Shown here: one piece after another, positions 45,821-55,947 of the stretch | How positions within the stretch are numbered: the stretch's first letter is position 1 | How the letters are laid out: each line of letters starts with the position of its first letter | NCBI GenBank assembly: GCA_050015075.1 | Contig: JBEKCB010000031.1 | Coordinates: forward strand, 1-63,073 | DNA length: 63,073 bases | Direction: 5' to 3' | Origin: Candidatus Brocadiia bacterium | GTDB lineage: Bacteria > Planctomycetota > Brocadiia > CAIUPP01 | The notes under the pieces: model-generated | What the model was told of the DNA's origin: nothing | The model's input: only the letters and a program-made list of their open reading frames with translations | The model's database searches: none | Program-made: the position numbers and the translations under genes

Positions 45821-46366
45821 TCAATGCCCGGCCAGTTCGTACGCGAGTTGGTGGTACTTCTCGTGAACGCCTTCGCCGATCTCTTCGGCCTCCACCCGGT
45901 CGAACGCCTTCACCATGTCCCGGCACTCTTTGGGGGTGAGCAGGCGGTCGGCTATTGCGAAGAGAACGCCTTCTTCCTTCTCAATGTGCGCGCGAAGCAA
46001 CGCCGCGTACGCCAGAAGCGCGTCTGCCGCTGCTGCGGCGGCGTCGCGGCGGCCCGCCTTGAGGCCGGGCAGCGCGGCGGCGATGGCCCGGACCTGACCT
46101 CGGCCCGCGTCGTGCTCGGACAGCATCACGCCGATCGGGCCGCCCTCCCTCGGCACGCCGTGTCTCTCCAGCGCCGGGAAGAGATGCCGCTCCTCCTTCG
46201 CGTGATGGCAGCGGTCCACAAACATCTTGAAGAAGTCGGCCATCTTCTCGACCGTCTGCGCGTCACAGGCGCCTTTTTTTCGAGCGGCGGTCCCTTCGCG
46301 CTCGGCGCCTTTCAGCACCAGGAGGATGATCTGGTGTTCGTGCTTCAGGATTTCAGTCGGCGTCAT
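45821..46366 (-). CDS. Hemerythrin (HHE) domain protein
   Basis: EH, HHAKEE..LFP, MLSEH, HIEKEEGVLF. Confidence 0.88.
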   Translation of the reverse strand: MTPTEILKHEHQIILLVLKGAEREGTAARKKGACDAQTVEKMADFFKMFVDRCHHAKEERHLFPALERHGVPREGGPIGVMLSEHDAGRGQVRAIAAALPGLKAGRRDAAAAAADALLAYAALLRAHIEKEEGVLFAIADRLLTPKECRDMVKAFDRVEAEEIGEGVHEKYHQLAYELAGH

Positions 46367-46376
46367 AGTCGCTCCT

Positions 46377-46856
46377 TCAGAGGCCCAAATCGGACAGCCC
46401 GGGATGATCGTCGGGCTGGCGGCCCAGCGGCCAACGGTATTTGCGGTCCGACTCCTTGATCGGCAGATCGTTGATGCTGGCGATGCGGCGGCGCATGAGT
46501 CCGTGATCGTCGAACTCCCAATTCTCATTGCCATAGGAGCGGAACCAGTTGCCCGAGTCGTCGTGCCATTCATAGGCGAAACGCACCGAGATGCGCGCTT
46601 CATGAAAAGCCCATAGCTCTTTGATCAGCCGATAATCCAGCTCTTTCGCCCACTTGCGGGTGAGGAACTGCACAATGGCCTCGCGCCCGGAGATAAACTC
46701 GGCGCGATTGCGCCAGGCGCTGTCCACGGTGTAGGCCAGAGAAACCCTGACCGGGTCGCGCGTGTTCCAGGCGTCCTCGGCCATGCGCACTTTCTGCGTT
46801 GCGCTTGCCTGATTGAAGGGTGGAACAGGCGAGCGGGTATTCTGCGTCTCTGACAT
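46377..46856 (-). CDS. DUF1348 / NTF2-like (SnoaL) protein
   Basis: [46 protein letters not shown]. Confidence 0.9.
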   Translation of the reverse strand: MSETQNTRSPVPPFNQASATQKVRMAEDAWNTRDPVRVSLAYTVDSAWRNRAEFISGREAIVQFLTRKWAKELDYRLIKELWAFHEARISVRFAYEWHDDSGNWFRSYGNENWEFDDHGLMRRRIASINDLPIKESDRKYRWPLGRQPDDHPGLSDLGL

Positions 46857-46857
46857 T

Positions 46858-47037
46858 TTATTCTCCCGGGTCCGCTTTAGGCGGCGCGTCGTTTTGGCCT
46901 ATGCCGAAATGGAAGACCAAGTGTCCGCCGAGGGCTGCGAGAATGAACAGCACGAGCGACGCCACGGCCAATGTCGGGATTGCGCCCGCAGCCACCACAT
47001 TCAAGCTACCTGCCGTGGCGGCCGCCGTCAACAACAA
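46858..47037 (-). CDS. 59 aa small membrane protein or gene fragment, absent from the ORF track
   Basis: TAAGGA RBS, TTG start, [59 protein letters not shown]; stop 1 nt before the DUF1348 ATG. Confidence 0.5.
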   Translation of the reverse strand: MLLTAAATAGSLNVVAAGAIPTLAVASLVLFILAALGGHLVFHFGIGQNDAPPKADPGE

Positions 47038-47271
47038 TTCTCGCGTTCCTTATCCTCGGAGTTCACCGGAGCACGAGAGTCGCCCGTTGATTTCGCAAGG
47101 CGTCTGCATCTCTCTCGCCCGGCTGAAGGCGCGCGCCGTAGCGGCCATCGCCCAGGATTGCGGCCTTGCGATTTGCCCGTCCGCGGGCTTGACTCTGCGG
47201 CCGCATGATGCTCCAATGAAATCAGCGGGCGCAGGGGCATGTGCAGGGCATGGGGCAAAAGGAGGCATGCA

Positions 47272-47724
47272 ATGGCCGGGCATTTCACTCACGCGGCGTT
47301 GATTGTTTTGGTGGCGGCGGTCCTGCCGATTGCCGGCGCAGGATGCGGCGACAGTGGGCACGGCTCAACGGCGGCAGCAGCGGAATCCGCGCAGGCGAAG
47401 GTCTATTCGAAGGACTTCTTCGGCCCCTGGAATGCCAATGTGGCGAAAGCCCACCTGCCGCAGATCACCTGTGAAAAGGCAGGCGACGGGCTGAAAGTCA
47501 CGGTCAAGGTTGACAACCACCCGATGAATGCGGAAGTCCCTCACTACATCATGTGGATCAGGATCGAGGACGGCAAGGGTAACGTACTGGGTAGGAAGGA
47601 CTTCGTGGCCACCGATCCGGCGCCCATCGCGACGTTCGAGCTGAAGACCCTGCCGGACAAGATCGTGGCTTTCGAGCGCTGTAATATCCACGGCACTTGG
47701 ACAAGCGAGACGGACGTCAAGTGA
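47272..47724 (+). CDS. Superoxide reductase-like (desulfoferrodoxin ferrous domain) lipoprotein
   Basis: HLP, HPM, PHYIMWI, CNIHGTW give four His plus Cys; hydrophobic signal ending GAGC. Confidence 0.8.
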   Translation: MAGHFTHAALIVLVAAVLPIAGAGCGDSGHGSTAAAAESAQAKVYSKDFFGPWNANVAKAHLPQITCEKAGDGLKVTVKVDNHPMNAEVPHYIMWIRIEDGKGNVLGRKDFVATDPAPIATFELKTLPDKIVAFERCNIHGTWTSETDVK

Positions 47725-47756
47725 CGCGGGGGCGCCTGCCTGAAACGGGGTTGCGT

Positions 47757-48278
47757 ATGAAGACCGGGACGACCGTGGCGATTACCCTGGGCGCGGCAGC
47801 CGTCCTGTCGGCGGCCGGTGCGCTCATCGTCATCGCGACCGGCGCGTACAACGTGGCGGCCACCTCGCCGCATTCCAAACCGGTCGAGTGGGTCCTCGGC
47901 ACGACGATGGACCGTTCCGTCGAGGTGCGCGCAGCTCGGCTAATTCCTCCGGAGGCGGCGCTGAAGGCGACTGGAAGGGCGGGCTTTCAGGAATTCGACG
48001 ATAACCTGTGCGTCATGTGTCACGGAGCGCCGGGCGTCGAGGCCACGGGAATCGGCAAGGGGCTTTATCCGTCCGCGCCGGAACTCTCGAAAGCGACCGG
48101 CGACCTGAGCATGGCCGAGATCTACTGGATTATCACAAATGGGATCAAAGACACGGGCATGCCGGCCTTCGAGGCGAGCCTTCCGGAAAAAGACAGGTGG
48201 CTGATGGCCTCATTCGTGAAGAGGCTGGCCGGCATGTCGGCTAAGGATTACCAAAACCTTAGGCCGGCAGGAGGATGA
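47757..48278 (+). CDS. Membrane-anchored monoheme cytochrome c
   Basis: N-terminal TM, GAYNVAAT.PH, CVMCHGAPG, NGIKDTGMPAF. Confidence 0.88.
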   Translation: MKTGTTVAITLGAAAVLSAAGALIVIATGAYNVAATSPHSKPVEWVLGTTMDRSVEVRAARLIPPEAALKATGRAGFQEFDDNLCVMCHGAPGVEATGIGKGLYPSAPELSKATGDLSMAEIYWIITNGIKDTGMPAFEASLPEKDRWLMASFVKRLAGMSAKDYQNLRPAGG

Positions 48279-48458
48279 CTAAGTCTACACGCAGTCTGGC
48301 CGCTTTCCGCCTGCGCCCCCGTTCTTGCGCCATGCATCACCTGTAGTCGGTCGCCCTCTTCCGCCTGTGTGTCTCCAAGTCGCCCAGACGCGACAACCGC
48401 CGTAACGTGCAAGGCGAAGCGGCGACGAGGCCGGCGGCCCATAAAAGTGCAGCGCCAT

Positions 48459-48881
48459 TCAGGATATGAGTTCGTGTTTGACGTCAAAATGTCTCGCCGA
48501 TGCGGCGAACACCTTGTCTGCGGTCGCAACCGTAAGGCCGTTGGAGAAGGCTATGGCCAGGTGAAGAGCATCGAGCGTCCGCAGCGGAGTATGGAACGTG
48601 GCCAGCCAATCGCGGGCCAGCATATAGTCGCGTTGCTCAATGGCAATCATTCGGTAAAAACTGCCGCCGACGTGAGCTTTGAATAGCGAAAGGACTTTCA
48701 GCGCATCGTCCTTCGTGAGTTCATTCATGCGAATACGTCGCGCGAGCGCGGAATAGAATTCGATCTCCGACAGGCCGCTGATTGCGACCGTATCCGACCC
48801 GGAACAGAGTTTTTGAACCTTCGAGTTCATCGGTTCGGGGAGATACAAGGCCACCAGGACGCTGGTGTCGAGGTAACGCAT
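48459..48881 (-). CDS. vapC: VapC family PIN-domain toxin
   Basis: YLDTSVLV, EIEFYSAL, LRTLDALHLA, TADK. Confidence 0.88.
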   Translation of the reverse strand: MRYLDTSVLVALYLPEPMNSKVQKLCSGSDTVAISGLSEIEFYSALARRIRMNELTKDDALKVLSLFKAHVGGSFYRMIAIEQRDYMLARDWLATFHTPLRTLDALHLAIAFSNGLTVATADKVFAASARHFDVKHELIS

Positions 48882-49120
48882 CAGAATCGCTCCTCGCGGC
48901 GCATTTCGATCACGGTTTCACTAAGCGGCTTGCCTTTCAGTTTGATGGACTTGCGGAATTCCGTGAGGTCGGGCAAACGTCTGAGCTGCTTCCGTTCAAC
49001 CGGACCAATGCAAGCGGTCTCCTTGCCGCGCAGGGTGATGACCACGGATTCACCGCGTGCAGCCGCGCGCACCAAGGCGCCCAGGCGTTTTCGCGCTTCC
49101 TTCAGGCTTACGGGTCCCAT
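48881..49120 (-). CDS. Phd/YefM family antitoxin
   Basis: SLKEARKRLGALV..A.RGESVVITLRGK; TGATG coupling to the toxin. Confidence 0.88.
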   Translation of the reverse strand: MGPVSLKEARKRLGALVRAAARGESVVITLRGKETACIGPVERKQLRRLPDLTEFRKSIKLKGKPLSETVIEMRREERF

Positions 49121-49136
49121 GCGGGTTCCTCCAGAA

Positions 49137-49176
49137 TGTACACCTTAAGTTTACACTGCAAGCGGCGCGTCGTCAA
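49137..49176 (-). promoter_or_regulatory. TA operon promoter with overlapping palindromic operator
   Basis: TTGACG-17 nt-TAAACT; imperfect palindrome TGTACACCTTAAGTTTACA at 49137-49155. Confidence 0.6.
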
Positions 49177-49374
49177 GCCGCAGAAGTAAGCACATTCAGA
49201 AGCGCCGCGTCGTCACGGCGCTGTAGTGACCAGAGCCCCTCAGACGTGACGGCCGAGAGGAAAGATGTATGCTCGCGTCGCCCAAAGACGATCGGACGGC
49301 GGCTTTCGGCCCCGCTCCGGCCACGCCGAAGGCTTGGAAACCTGCCCGGAAGCAGTTCTCCACCAGCAGCTTAC

Positions 49375-49403
49375 TTGACAAGTGGAATTCTGTTAACCAG
49401 AAT
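49375..49403 (+). promoter_or_regulatory. Sigma70-type promoter
   Basis: TTGACA-17 nt-CAGAAT upstream of ATG 49451. Confidence 0.5.
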
Positions 49404-49450
49404 ACGACATTTGACGGCTGATCGTCGTGCGGAGGAGCTTGGGTGATTGC

Positions 49451-51373
49451 ATGAAGCTGTTTGTGCCAGGACGCATTTGCCTGTTCGGCGAGCACACGGA
49501 CTGGGCCGGCGGTTATCGCCGCATCAACGCCGACCTGGGCAAGGGCTATACGCTCATCGCCGGAACGAACCAGGGCGTGTACGCCGAAGTGAAGCCCCAC
49601 CCGACCAAACTGGTCATCCGGTCCACGCTTTCGGACGGCGCGCGCGAGGGATCGTTCGAGATTCCGATGGTGCGCGAAGCGCTTCTCGCGGAGGCCGAGC
49701 GCGGCGGCATCTTCAGCTATGCCGCCGGCGTCGCGTACCAGATCCTCACTCACTACCGCGTGCGCGGATTGGAGATTGACAATTACCTGACGGACCTGCC
49801 CGTGAAGAAGGGGCTTTCCTCCAGCGCCGCCTTCTGCGTTCTCATTGCGCGCGCCTTCAACCGCATTTATGACCTGAAGATGACCGTGCGCGGCGAAATG
49901 GAGTTCGCTTACTCCGGCGAGATCACCACTCCGTCGCGCTGCGGCCGGATGGACCAGGGCTGCGCCTACGGCGGACGCCCGATCCTGATGACCTTCGACG
50001 GCGACCGCATTGACGTCGAGGAACTCAAGGTCCCGCGCAACCTGTACTTCGTCATTACCGACCTCGGCGCGGGGAAGGACACCAAGGAGATCCTCTCGAA
50101 GCTGAACCGTTGTTATCCGTTCGCGGAGGGCGAACTGCAGCGAGGCGTGCAGAATTACCTCGGCGCGGTCAGCGCGGAGATCACGCACGAAGCCTGCCGG
50201 GCGCTGGAGAAGGGCGATGCCGCGCGGATCGGCGAATTGATGCGCAAGGCGCAGGCGGAATTCGACAAGCATCTCCAGCCCGCATGCCCGTCCGAACTCA
50301 CCGCGCCGGCGCTGCACAAAGTCCTGAGCTACCCGCCGATTCAGCCGCACGTTCTCGGCGGCAAGGGCGTCGGCTCGCAAGGCGACGGCTCCGCGCAGTT
50401 CATCGTCAAGGATGAGGAGAGCCAGCTGAAAGTCGTGGAGATCCTCGAGCGGGACCTGCGCCTGTCCTGCCTGAAACTCGTCCTGGCCTCCGGCCCGAAG
50501 GTCCGCAAGGCCGTCATTCCGGCCGCGGGGTTCGGCACGCGCCTGTTCCCCGCGTCCAAGGCCGTCAAAAAAGAATTATTTCCCGTCATTGACCGCGACG
50601 GCCGCGCCAAGCCCGCGATCCTGGCGATCATCGAGGAAGCGATCGCGTCGGGAATCGAGGAGCTTTGCCTTATCGTCCAGCCGGAGGACCGCGAATTCTT
50701 CGAGGATTTCTTCAACAATCCGCCGCGCATCGAGAATTTCAACAGGCTCTCCCGCGAGAACCAGGAATACTGCGGGTACCTGGCGGAAATCGGCCATCGC
50801 ATCACGCTCGTCGCGCAGACCGCGCAGGAGGGCTTCGGGCACGCGGTCTTCTGCGCCCGCGAGTGGGTCGGGGACGAGCCGTTCCTCCTCATGCTCGGCG
50901 ACCACCTCTACGCCTCGACCACGGAGACGCCGTGCGCGCGGCAGGTTCTGGACGCGTATGAGCGCCTCGGACAAAGTGTCGTCGGGCTGAAGATCACGCG
51001 CGGCGCGGAGATCGGCCACTTCGGCTGCGTCGGGGGCATTTGGCAGACCGAGAACTCCACCCTCTCCGTTACGGAATTTGCGGAGAAGCCCAGCCTGGAA
51101 TACGCGCAGACGCACCTGGCCGTGGACGGGATCGAAAGCGGGCATTTTCTCACCGTCTTCGGGCAGTACGTGCTCAAGCCGAGGCTCTTCGAAATCCTCG
51201 AAGAAAACATCCGCAACAACGTCCGCGAGCGCGGGGAGTTTCAACTGACATCCTGCCTGGACAGGCTGCGACAGGAAGATGGATTCACGGGAATCGTCGT
51301 CCAGGGCCGGCGGTTCGACATCGGCCTGCCCGAAGCCTATCGGGAAACGGTCATGGACTTCCGAAACGCGTAG
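49451..51373 (+). CDS. GHMP sugar kinase fused to GalU-like nucleotidyltransferase
   Basis: PGRICLFGEHTD, PVKKGLSSSAA, CGRMDQ; then KAVIPAAGFGTRLFPASK..KE, GFGHAV, LGD, EKP, GEFQLT. Confidence 0.85.
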   Translation: MKLFVPGRICLFGEHTDWAGGYRRINADLGKGYTLIAGTNQGVYAEVKPHPTKLVIRSTLSDGAREGSFEIPMVREALLAEAERGGIFSYAAGVAYQILTHYRVRGLEIDNYLTDLPVKKGLSSSAAFCVLIARAFNRIYDLKMTVRGEMEFAYSGEITTPSRCGRMDQGCAYGGRPILMTFDGDRIDVEELKVPRNLYFVITDLGAGKDTKEILSKLNRCYPFAEGELQRGVQNYLGAVSAEITHEACRALEKGDAARIGELMRKAQAEFDKHLQPACPSELTAPALHKVLSYPPIQPHVLGGKGVGSQGDGSAQFIVKDEESQLKVVEILERDLRLSCLKLVLASGPKVRKAVIPAAGFGTRLFPASKAVKKELFPVIDRDGRAKPAILAIIEEAIASGIEELCLIVQPEDREFFEDFFNNPPRIENFNRLSRENQEYCGYLAEIGHRITLVAQTAQEGFGHAVFCAREWVGDEPFLLMLGDHLYASTTETPCARQVLDAYERLGQSVVGLKITRGAEIGHFGCVGGIWQTENSTLSVTEFAEKPSLEYAQTHLAVDGIESGHFLTVFGQYVLKPRLFEILEENIRNNVRERGEFQLTSCLDRLRQEDGFTGIVVQGRRFDIGLPEAYRETVMDFRNA

Positions 51374-51591
51374 ACGCGTCAGCCTCAATGGCGGCAGCGG
51401 CAACTAATCCCTACTTACTCACGCGCTTCCTGCGGCCAGAGTAAGGTGGCGCGGGCGGCCACATCGTTCGCGAGGGGCTCGCCTTCCAACCCCTGCATCA
51501 ATCGCGAGCAGGTCGAATGCGCCGCAGCGCACCGCGAATTGCGCACCGGGTTGGACCGCTTTCCAGCACAGGCTTTTAGCACTTCCGGGGC

Positions 51592-51665
51592 TTGACAGCA
51601 CCCCTCGCTCGTGGTAGAAGAAATGAGATGCTATGCTGTGCTACATTGTGCCACACTGTGGTACG
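51592..51665 (+). promoter_or_regulatory. Promoter and 10-bp direct-repeat array upstream of the cytochrome/porin operon
   Basis: TTGACA-17 nt-TAGAAG; agatgctatg ctgtgctaca ttgtgccaca ctgtggtacg at 51626-51665. Confidence 0.55.
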
Positions 51666-51771
51666 CAGTCGGGGCGATGGGCAAACCGGAAGGGCAAACG
51701 GCAGGAGGCTGCGTCCGAGAAAGCCGCAACCGCGCGCGTGGAACAGTGCAACCACTAGCTCGAGGAAAATC

Positions 51772-52077
51772 ATGAGCCAATTCAGTTCACGGTGGCCGTT
51801 CCTGCAGCTCGGCGTTGGACTGGCGGCGGCTCTCCTTGCGACGGCGATGGTCTCCTGCGCGACCCATGCGCCGTCCAAACCGGCGGCGGAGCAGAAACTC
51901 ACCGGCCAGGACCTGTATGCCATTAATTGCGGCCGCTGCCATCCGGAACGCTATGCGACGGAGCGTACGGCGGGGCAATGGAAGACGATCATGCTGCACA
52001 TGCAGGTACGGGCGAATCTCCCTCCAGACCAGGCGAAGGCGGTCCTCAAGTATCTTCAAGAAGACAGCGGCAGGTAA
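51772..52077 (+). CDS. Small monoheme cytochrome c lipoprotein
   Basis: Lipobox MVSC, CGRCH, distal HM; GAGG RBS. Confidence 0.8.
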   Translation: MSQFSSRWPFLQLGVGLAAALLATAMVSCATHAPSKPAAEQKLTGQDLYAINCGRCHPERYATERTAGQWKTIMLHMQVRANLPPDQAKAVLKYLQEDSGR

Positions 52078-52095
52078 TTTTGAGGAGCTTGGCTT

Positions 52096-53487
52096 ATGAT
52101 GACTCGCTCCCTGATCCTTGAAGCGGCGGCCGCCGTCTGCATCCTGGCAGTCATTCTTCCCCAGCCCGCGGCTGCGGAGGTGTCCGATGACGAGTTCAAG
52201 GCGCTGAAGGAGGCCGTTCAGCAGTTGACCCAGCAGCAGCAGGAACTCCTGAAGCAGCACGCGGAAGACCAGAAGCAGCGGGCCGAAGATCGGCAAAAGA
52301 TCCAGAAATTGGAGGAACAGTTATCCGCGGCTTCGAAGGCGCAGCCGTCCGGCGAAGCGGTCACCGGCGAGCAGTTCAATTCGCTGAAGAGCGCCGTGGA
52401 CAAGTTGAGCCAGCAGGTTGCCGCCCCACCCAGCGGGCCGTTCGCGCTGCAGGACTTTATGATTGTGGGCGACGCGGAGACCCAGTTCGCGAAGGTCCAG
52501 GGGCAGCATGGCGGATTCGCGCTGTTCGATTTTGCGCCGATCTTCCTGCTCCGGGCCTCTGACAAGGTGCTGTTTGAGGCCGGGTTCGACATCAACCTGG
52601 TGGATAATCCGCAGGATAATAATACCCCCGGCGCTTCGACATCGCTCACCCTAAGTTTCGCCCAGTTGGATTACCTGCTCAATCAGTACGCGACGCTGGT
52701 GTCCGGCTACATGCTGCTGCCCCTGGGCACTTACGCCGAGCGGAACGCGGGCTGGCTGAATAAGTTTCCGGACGACCCGTTCGTGCGTGACTTCATACTG
52801 CCGGGCGCCGGCGCGGGCGCACAGGTGCGCGGGGCTGTGCCGTTGGACGCGTCAGGACAGACGCTCGCCTATGCCGCTTATGTCGTTGACGGACCGAGTT
52901 CGAGTGTATCCACCGGCGCTCCCGCCGGCTCGCTTGACCTCACGGGCAATGTTGGGATTACGAACAACGGCAAGTTTGCGAATTTGCACGCTTCGCCCAG
53001 CGCCGGCGGCCGCGTCGGATGGTTCCTGCCCTGGAAAGGGCATGATCATTACGACCTGGAACTCGGAGTTTCAGGCCAGGACGGCGTTTGGAACAACGCA
53101 AATAACGAGTCGTGGGCCGCCGCCGTAGGCGATGCCGCTCTGCACCTCGGCCCTTACTTCGAAGCCAAGGGCGAGTACGTCAATACCTGGGCGGAGACCT
53201 CAGACCTCGGGCACATTTACCCGCATGGCTGGTGGGCGCAACTGGGTTACAAGCTGGCGGGCCTGGATCTGGACCTCCCGTTGATCAACGACGTCGAGTT
53301 GGTCAGCCGTTATGACGAGATCAGAGACGGGCTTGGAATGAGAACCGAGCGGTACTCATTCGGTTATGTCTACTACCTTACGAACACGCTGCATTTCATC
53401 GGCGATTACGAAATCATCAACGGCAACAGTCAGGCGGTGATTCCTTCGGCCAACCAGTTGATCTTCCAGCTCACCTACGGGTTCTAA
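52096..53487 (+). CDS. Outer membrane beta-barrel porin with N-terminal coiled coil
   Basis: Signal AAA, Gln/Glu-rich coiled coil, amphipathic strands, GGRVG, C-terminal QLTYGF. Confidence 0.75.
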   Translation: MMTRSLILEAAAAVCILAVILPQPAAAEVSDDEFKALKEAVQQLTQQQQELLKQHAEDQKQRAEDRQKIQKLEEQLSAASKAQPSGEAVTGEQFNSLKSAVDKLSQQVAAPPSGPFALQDFMIVGDAETQFAKVQGQHGGFALFDFAPIFLLRASDKVLFEAGFDINLVDNPQDNNTPGASTSLTLSFAQLDYLLNQYATLVSGYMLLPLGTYAERNAGWLNKFPDDPFVRDFILPGAGAGAQVRGAVPLDASGQTLAYAAYVVDGPSSSVSTGAPAGSLDLTGNVGITNNGKFANLHASPSAGGRVGWFLPWKGHDHYDLELGVSGQDGVWNNANNESWAAAVGDAALHLGPYFEAKGEYVNTWAETSDLGHIYPHGWWAQLGYKLAGLDLDLPLINDVELVSRYDEIRDGLGMRTERYSFGYVYYLTNTLHFIGDYEIINGNSQAVIPSANQLIFQLTYGF

Positions 53488-53506
53488 TGGAAGCGAGGCA
53501 AGAAAC

Positions 53507-53980
53507 ATGCGCATGAAATCGGTACTGCCGCCCCTACTTCTTTGCGCCATCGCGTTGAGTTTGAGCGCGCCGGCCCTGGCGCCCGCAGACGAGCCGCTCG
53601 ACGCTGAGACCAAGGCCCGGGTCGAGCGTTTCGAAAAGGGGCCGGCGACGGTGGACGTCTCAAAGTATCCGCAGGGCATCCAGGACAACTACCAGGTCTT
53701 CGCCGAAAAGTGCACGCAGTGCCACAAGCTCAGCCGCCCGATCAACTCCGACTACGCGCTCCCGGCCGAGTGGGAGCGCTACGTGAAGCGGATGATGCAC
53801 AAGCCAGGCTCGGGCATCGGCAGCAGCGAAGGCAAGAAGATTTTCGACTTCCTGGTGTATGACTCCAGCGTGCGCAAGAAGGCGATGGTGGACGAGAAGC
53901 TGGCCAAGGCGACCCCCGAAGAAAAGACCGCCGCGGAAGCGAAGATCGCGGAAATCCACGCGAAGTACGACAGCAAGTAA
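53507..53980 (+). CDS. Periplasmic monoheme cytochrome c
   Basis: Signal ALA, CTQCH, WERYVKRMM distal Met. Confidence 0.8.
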   Translation: MRMKSVLPPLLLCAIALSLSAPALAPADEPLDAETKARVERFEKGPATVDVSKYPQGIQDNYQVFAEKCTQCHKLSRPINSDYALPAEWERYVKRMMHKPGSGIGSSEGKKIFDFLVYDSSVRKKAMVDEKLAKATPEEKTAAEAKIAEIHAKYDSK

Positions 53981-54009
53981 GGTGCAGCAACGGCGAATGG
54001 AGCGCGGCG

Positions 54010-55947
54010 ATGCCGAAAACTTACCCCGTCGAGATCCCGACCGCGGGTTACTTTGAGCGGCAGGTCCTCTGCCGCGAGGGGTGCCCGGTCCGCACCGACG
54101 CGGGCGGCTACGTCCAGGCCATCGCCGAGGGGCGGTACGAGGACGCCTACATTCTGGCCCGCACGCCCAACCCATTCGCCTCCATCTGCGGCCGGGTCTG
54201 CGCGGCGCCGTGCGAAGCCAAATGCCGGCGCAGCGCGCTGGATGCGGCCATTTCCATCCGCGCGTTGAAGCGGTTCGTCTGCGAGCGCTTCGGCGTCGAG
54301 TCGGCCCATTTCGATCTGGGCCGCGTATATCCGCAGGCGCGCGAGCCGAACCGGCGGCGCGTCGGCGAACGTCGCAAGGTCGCGGTGGTCGGCGCGGGAC
54401 CGGCGGGCCTGTCGTGCGCTCACGAACTGGCGCTGCTCGGGTTCTCCGCGACGGTGTTCGAGGCGCAGCCCATTTCCGGCGGCATGCTCGTGCTCGGCGT
54501 GCCGGAGTACCGCCTGCCGCGCGAGATCGTCCGGGCGGAAATTCAAGCCATCGAATCCCTCGGCGTGGAAATCCGCTGCAACCAGCGGCTCGGCCGCGAT
54601 GTCCTGCTGGCCGACCTCCGGCGGCAGGGCTACGAGGCGATCTTCCTGGGCATCGGCGCGCACAAGAGCCGCGAGCTCGCCATCGAAGGCGTGCAGCTCG
54701 ACGGCGTGCTGCGGGCCATTGAGTTCCTGCTGAACATCAACTTCGGATTTCGCGTCACGCTCGGCCGCAGGGTGGTGGTCATCGGCGGCGGGAACGTGGC
54801 GTTCGACGCGGCCCGCTCCGTGGTCCGCCAGGCCGAGCGTTTCGCCCACATGAGCGAAGCCGAACTGCGCGCGGCGCTCCGTTCCGCGGCGGCGGCGCTG
54901 GAGGAATTGACCGCGCGCGAGCACGAGCCGCCCGATGAGGTGCGGCTGGCCCTCGACGTGGCGCGCGAAGCGATCCGCAAGGGCGTTCCCGAGGTGCACA
55001 TGTACTGCCTCGAGAACCTCGACGAGATTCCCGCCGCCCGCGAGGAGATCGAGGAGGCCGAGCGCGAAGGCATCCACCTCCACACGCGATGGGGCCCGAA
55101 GAAGATTCTCGGCGCCGACGGCAAAGTCACCGGCATCCAGTTGATCCGCGCCAGCCGCGTGTTTGACGAGGACCACCGGTTCAATCCGCAGTTCATCGCC
55201 GGCAGCGAGGAATCGGTTGCCTGCGACACCGTCGTGCTGGCCATCGGCCAGGCGGCGGACCTTTCCTGGCTGCGGCCCGAGGACAACCTGAAACTGACGC
55301 CTCGCGGCGCCCTGCAGACGGACCCCGAAACGCTGGCCACGTCGCGGCCGGACGTTTTCGCCGGCGGCGACGTCGCTTTCGGCCCGCGCATCATCATCAC
55401 CGCCGTCGCCGAGGGCCAGCGCGCGGCGCGGGCGATTGCGAAATTCTTGACGGGCCGCGAGCCGGATGCGCGGCAGGAAGTCCGCGTGACGGTTTTCAAC
55501 ACCGAGCAGTACCGAATGGCGCAGGATTACGAAAAGCTGGCGCGCCGGCTGCCGCCGATGCTGCCGTTGGACCGGCGCATCGGCATTGCGGAAGTGGAGA
55601 AAGTTTTCCCGGAACCGGCCGCCGTCGAGCAATCCGTGCGCTGCCTGAAATGCCACATCAGCCCGGTGTTCGACGGCGACAAGTGCGTTCTGTGCGGCGG
55701 CTGCGCCGATATTTGCCCCGAGTCCTGCCTGCAGCTCGTGGACGTCGCCGATCTGCGCGGCGACGAAAAACTCCAGGCGGCGTTCGTCGCGCGGTATGGC
55801 CGCGTCCCCGCTCGGGGCGAGCAGGGCGCGATCATCAAGGACGAAACCCGCTGCATCCGCTGCGGCCTGTGCGCCCAGCGCTGTCCGTCGGGCGCGATTA
55901 CGATGGAGCGCGTGGAAACGCTTGCCGCCCGAGTCGAGGGATCATGA
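54010..55947 (+). CDS. GltD/NfnB/DsrL-like FAD and Fe-S oxidoreductase with C-terminal ferredoxin
   Basis: [75 protein letters not shown]; no signal peptide. Confidence 0.88.
   Translation: MPKTYPVEIPTAGYFERQVLCREGCPVRTDAGGYVQAIAEGRYEDAYILARTPNPFASICGRVCAAPCEAKCRRSALDAAISIRALKRFVCERFGVESAHFDLGRVYPQAREPNRRRVGERRKVAVVGAGPAGLSCAHELALLGFSATVFEAQPISGGMLVLGVPEYRLPREIVRAEIQAIESLGVEIRCNQRLGRDVLLADLRRQGYEAIFLGIGAHKSRELAIEGVQLDGVLRAIEFLLNINFGFRVTLGRRVVVIGGGNVAFDAARSVVRQAERFAHMSEAELRAALRSAAAALEELTAREHEPPDEVRLALDVAREAIRKGVPEVHMYCLENLDEIPAAREEIEEAEREGIHLHTRWGPKKILGADGKVTGIQLIRASRVFDEDHRFNPQFIAGSEESVACDTVVLAIGQAADLSWLRPEDNLKLTPRGALQTDPETLATSRPDVFAGGDVAFGPRIIITAVAEGQRAARAIAKFLTGREPDARQEVRVTVFNTEQYRMAQDYEKLARRLPPMLPLDRRIGIAEVEKVFPEPAAVEQSVRCLKCHISPVFDGDKCVLCGGCADICPESCLQLVDVADLRGDEKLQAAFVARYGRVPARGEQGAIIKDETRCIRCGLCAQRCPSGAITMERVETLAARVEGS

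Noticed and set aside
51678-51750. GGGCAAAC repeats as a c-di-GMP-I riboswitch
   Set aside because: No GAAA tetraloop stem followed by GACGCAAAG and no second stem could be traced
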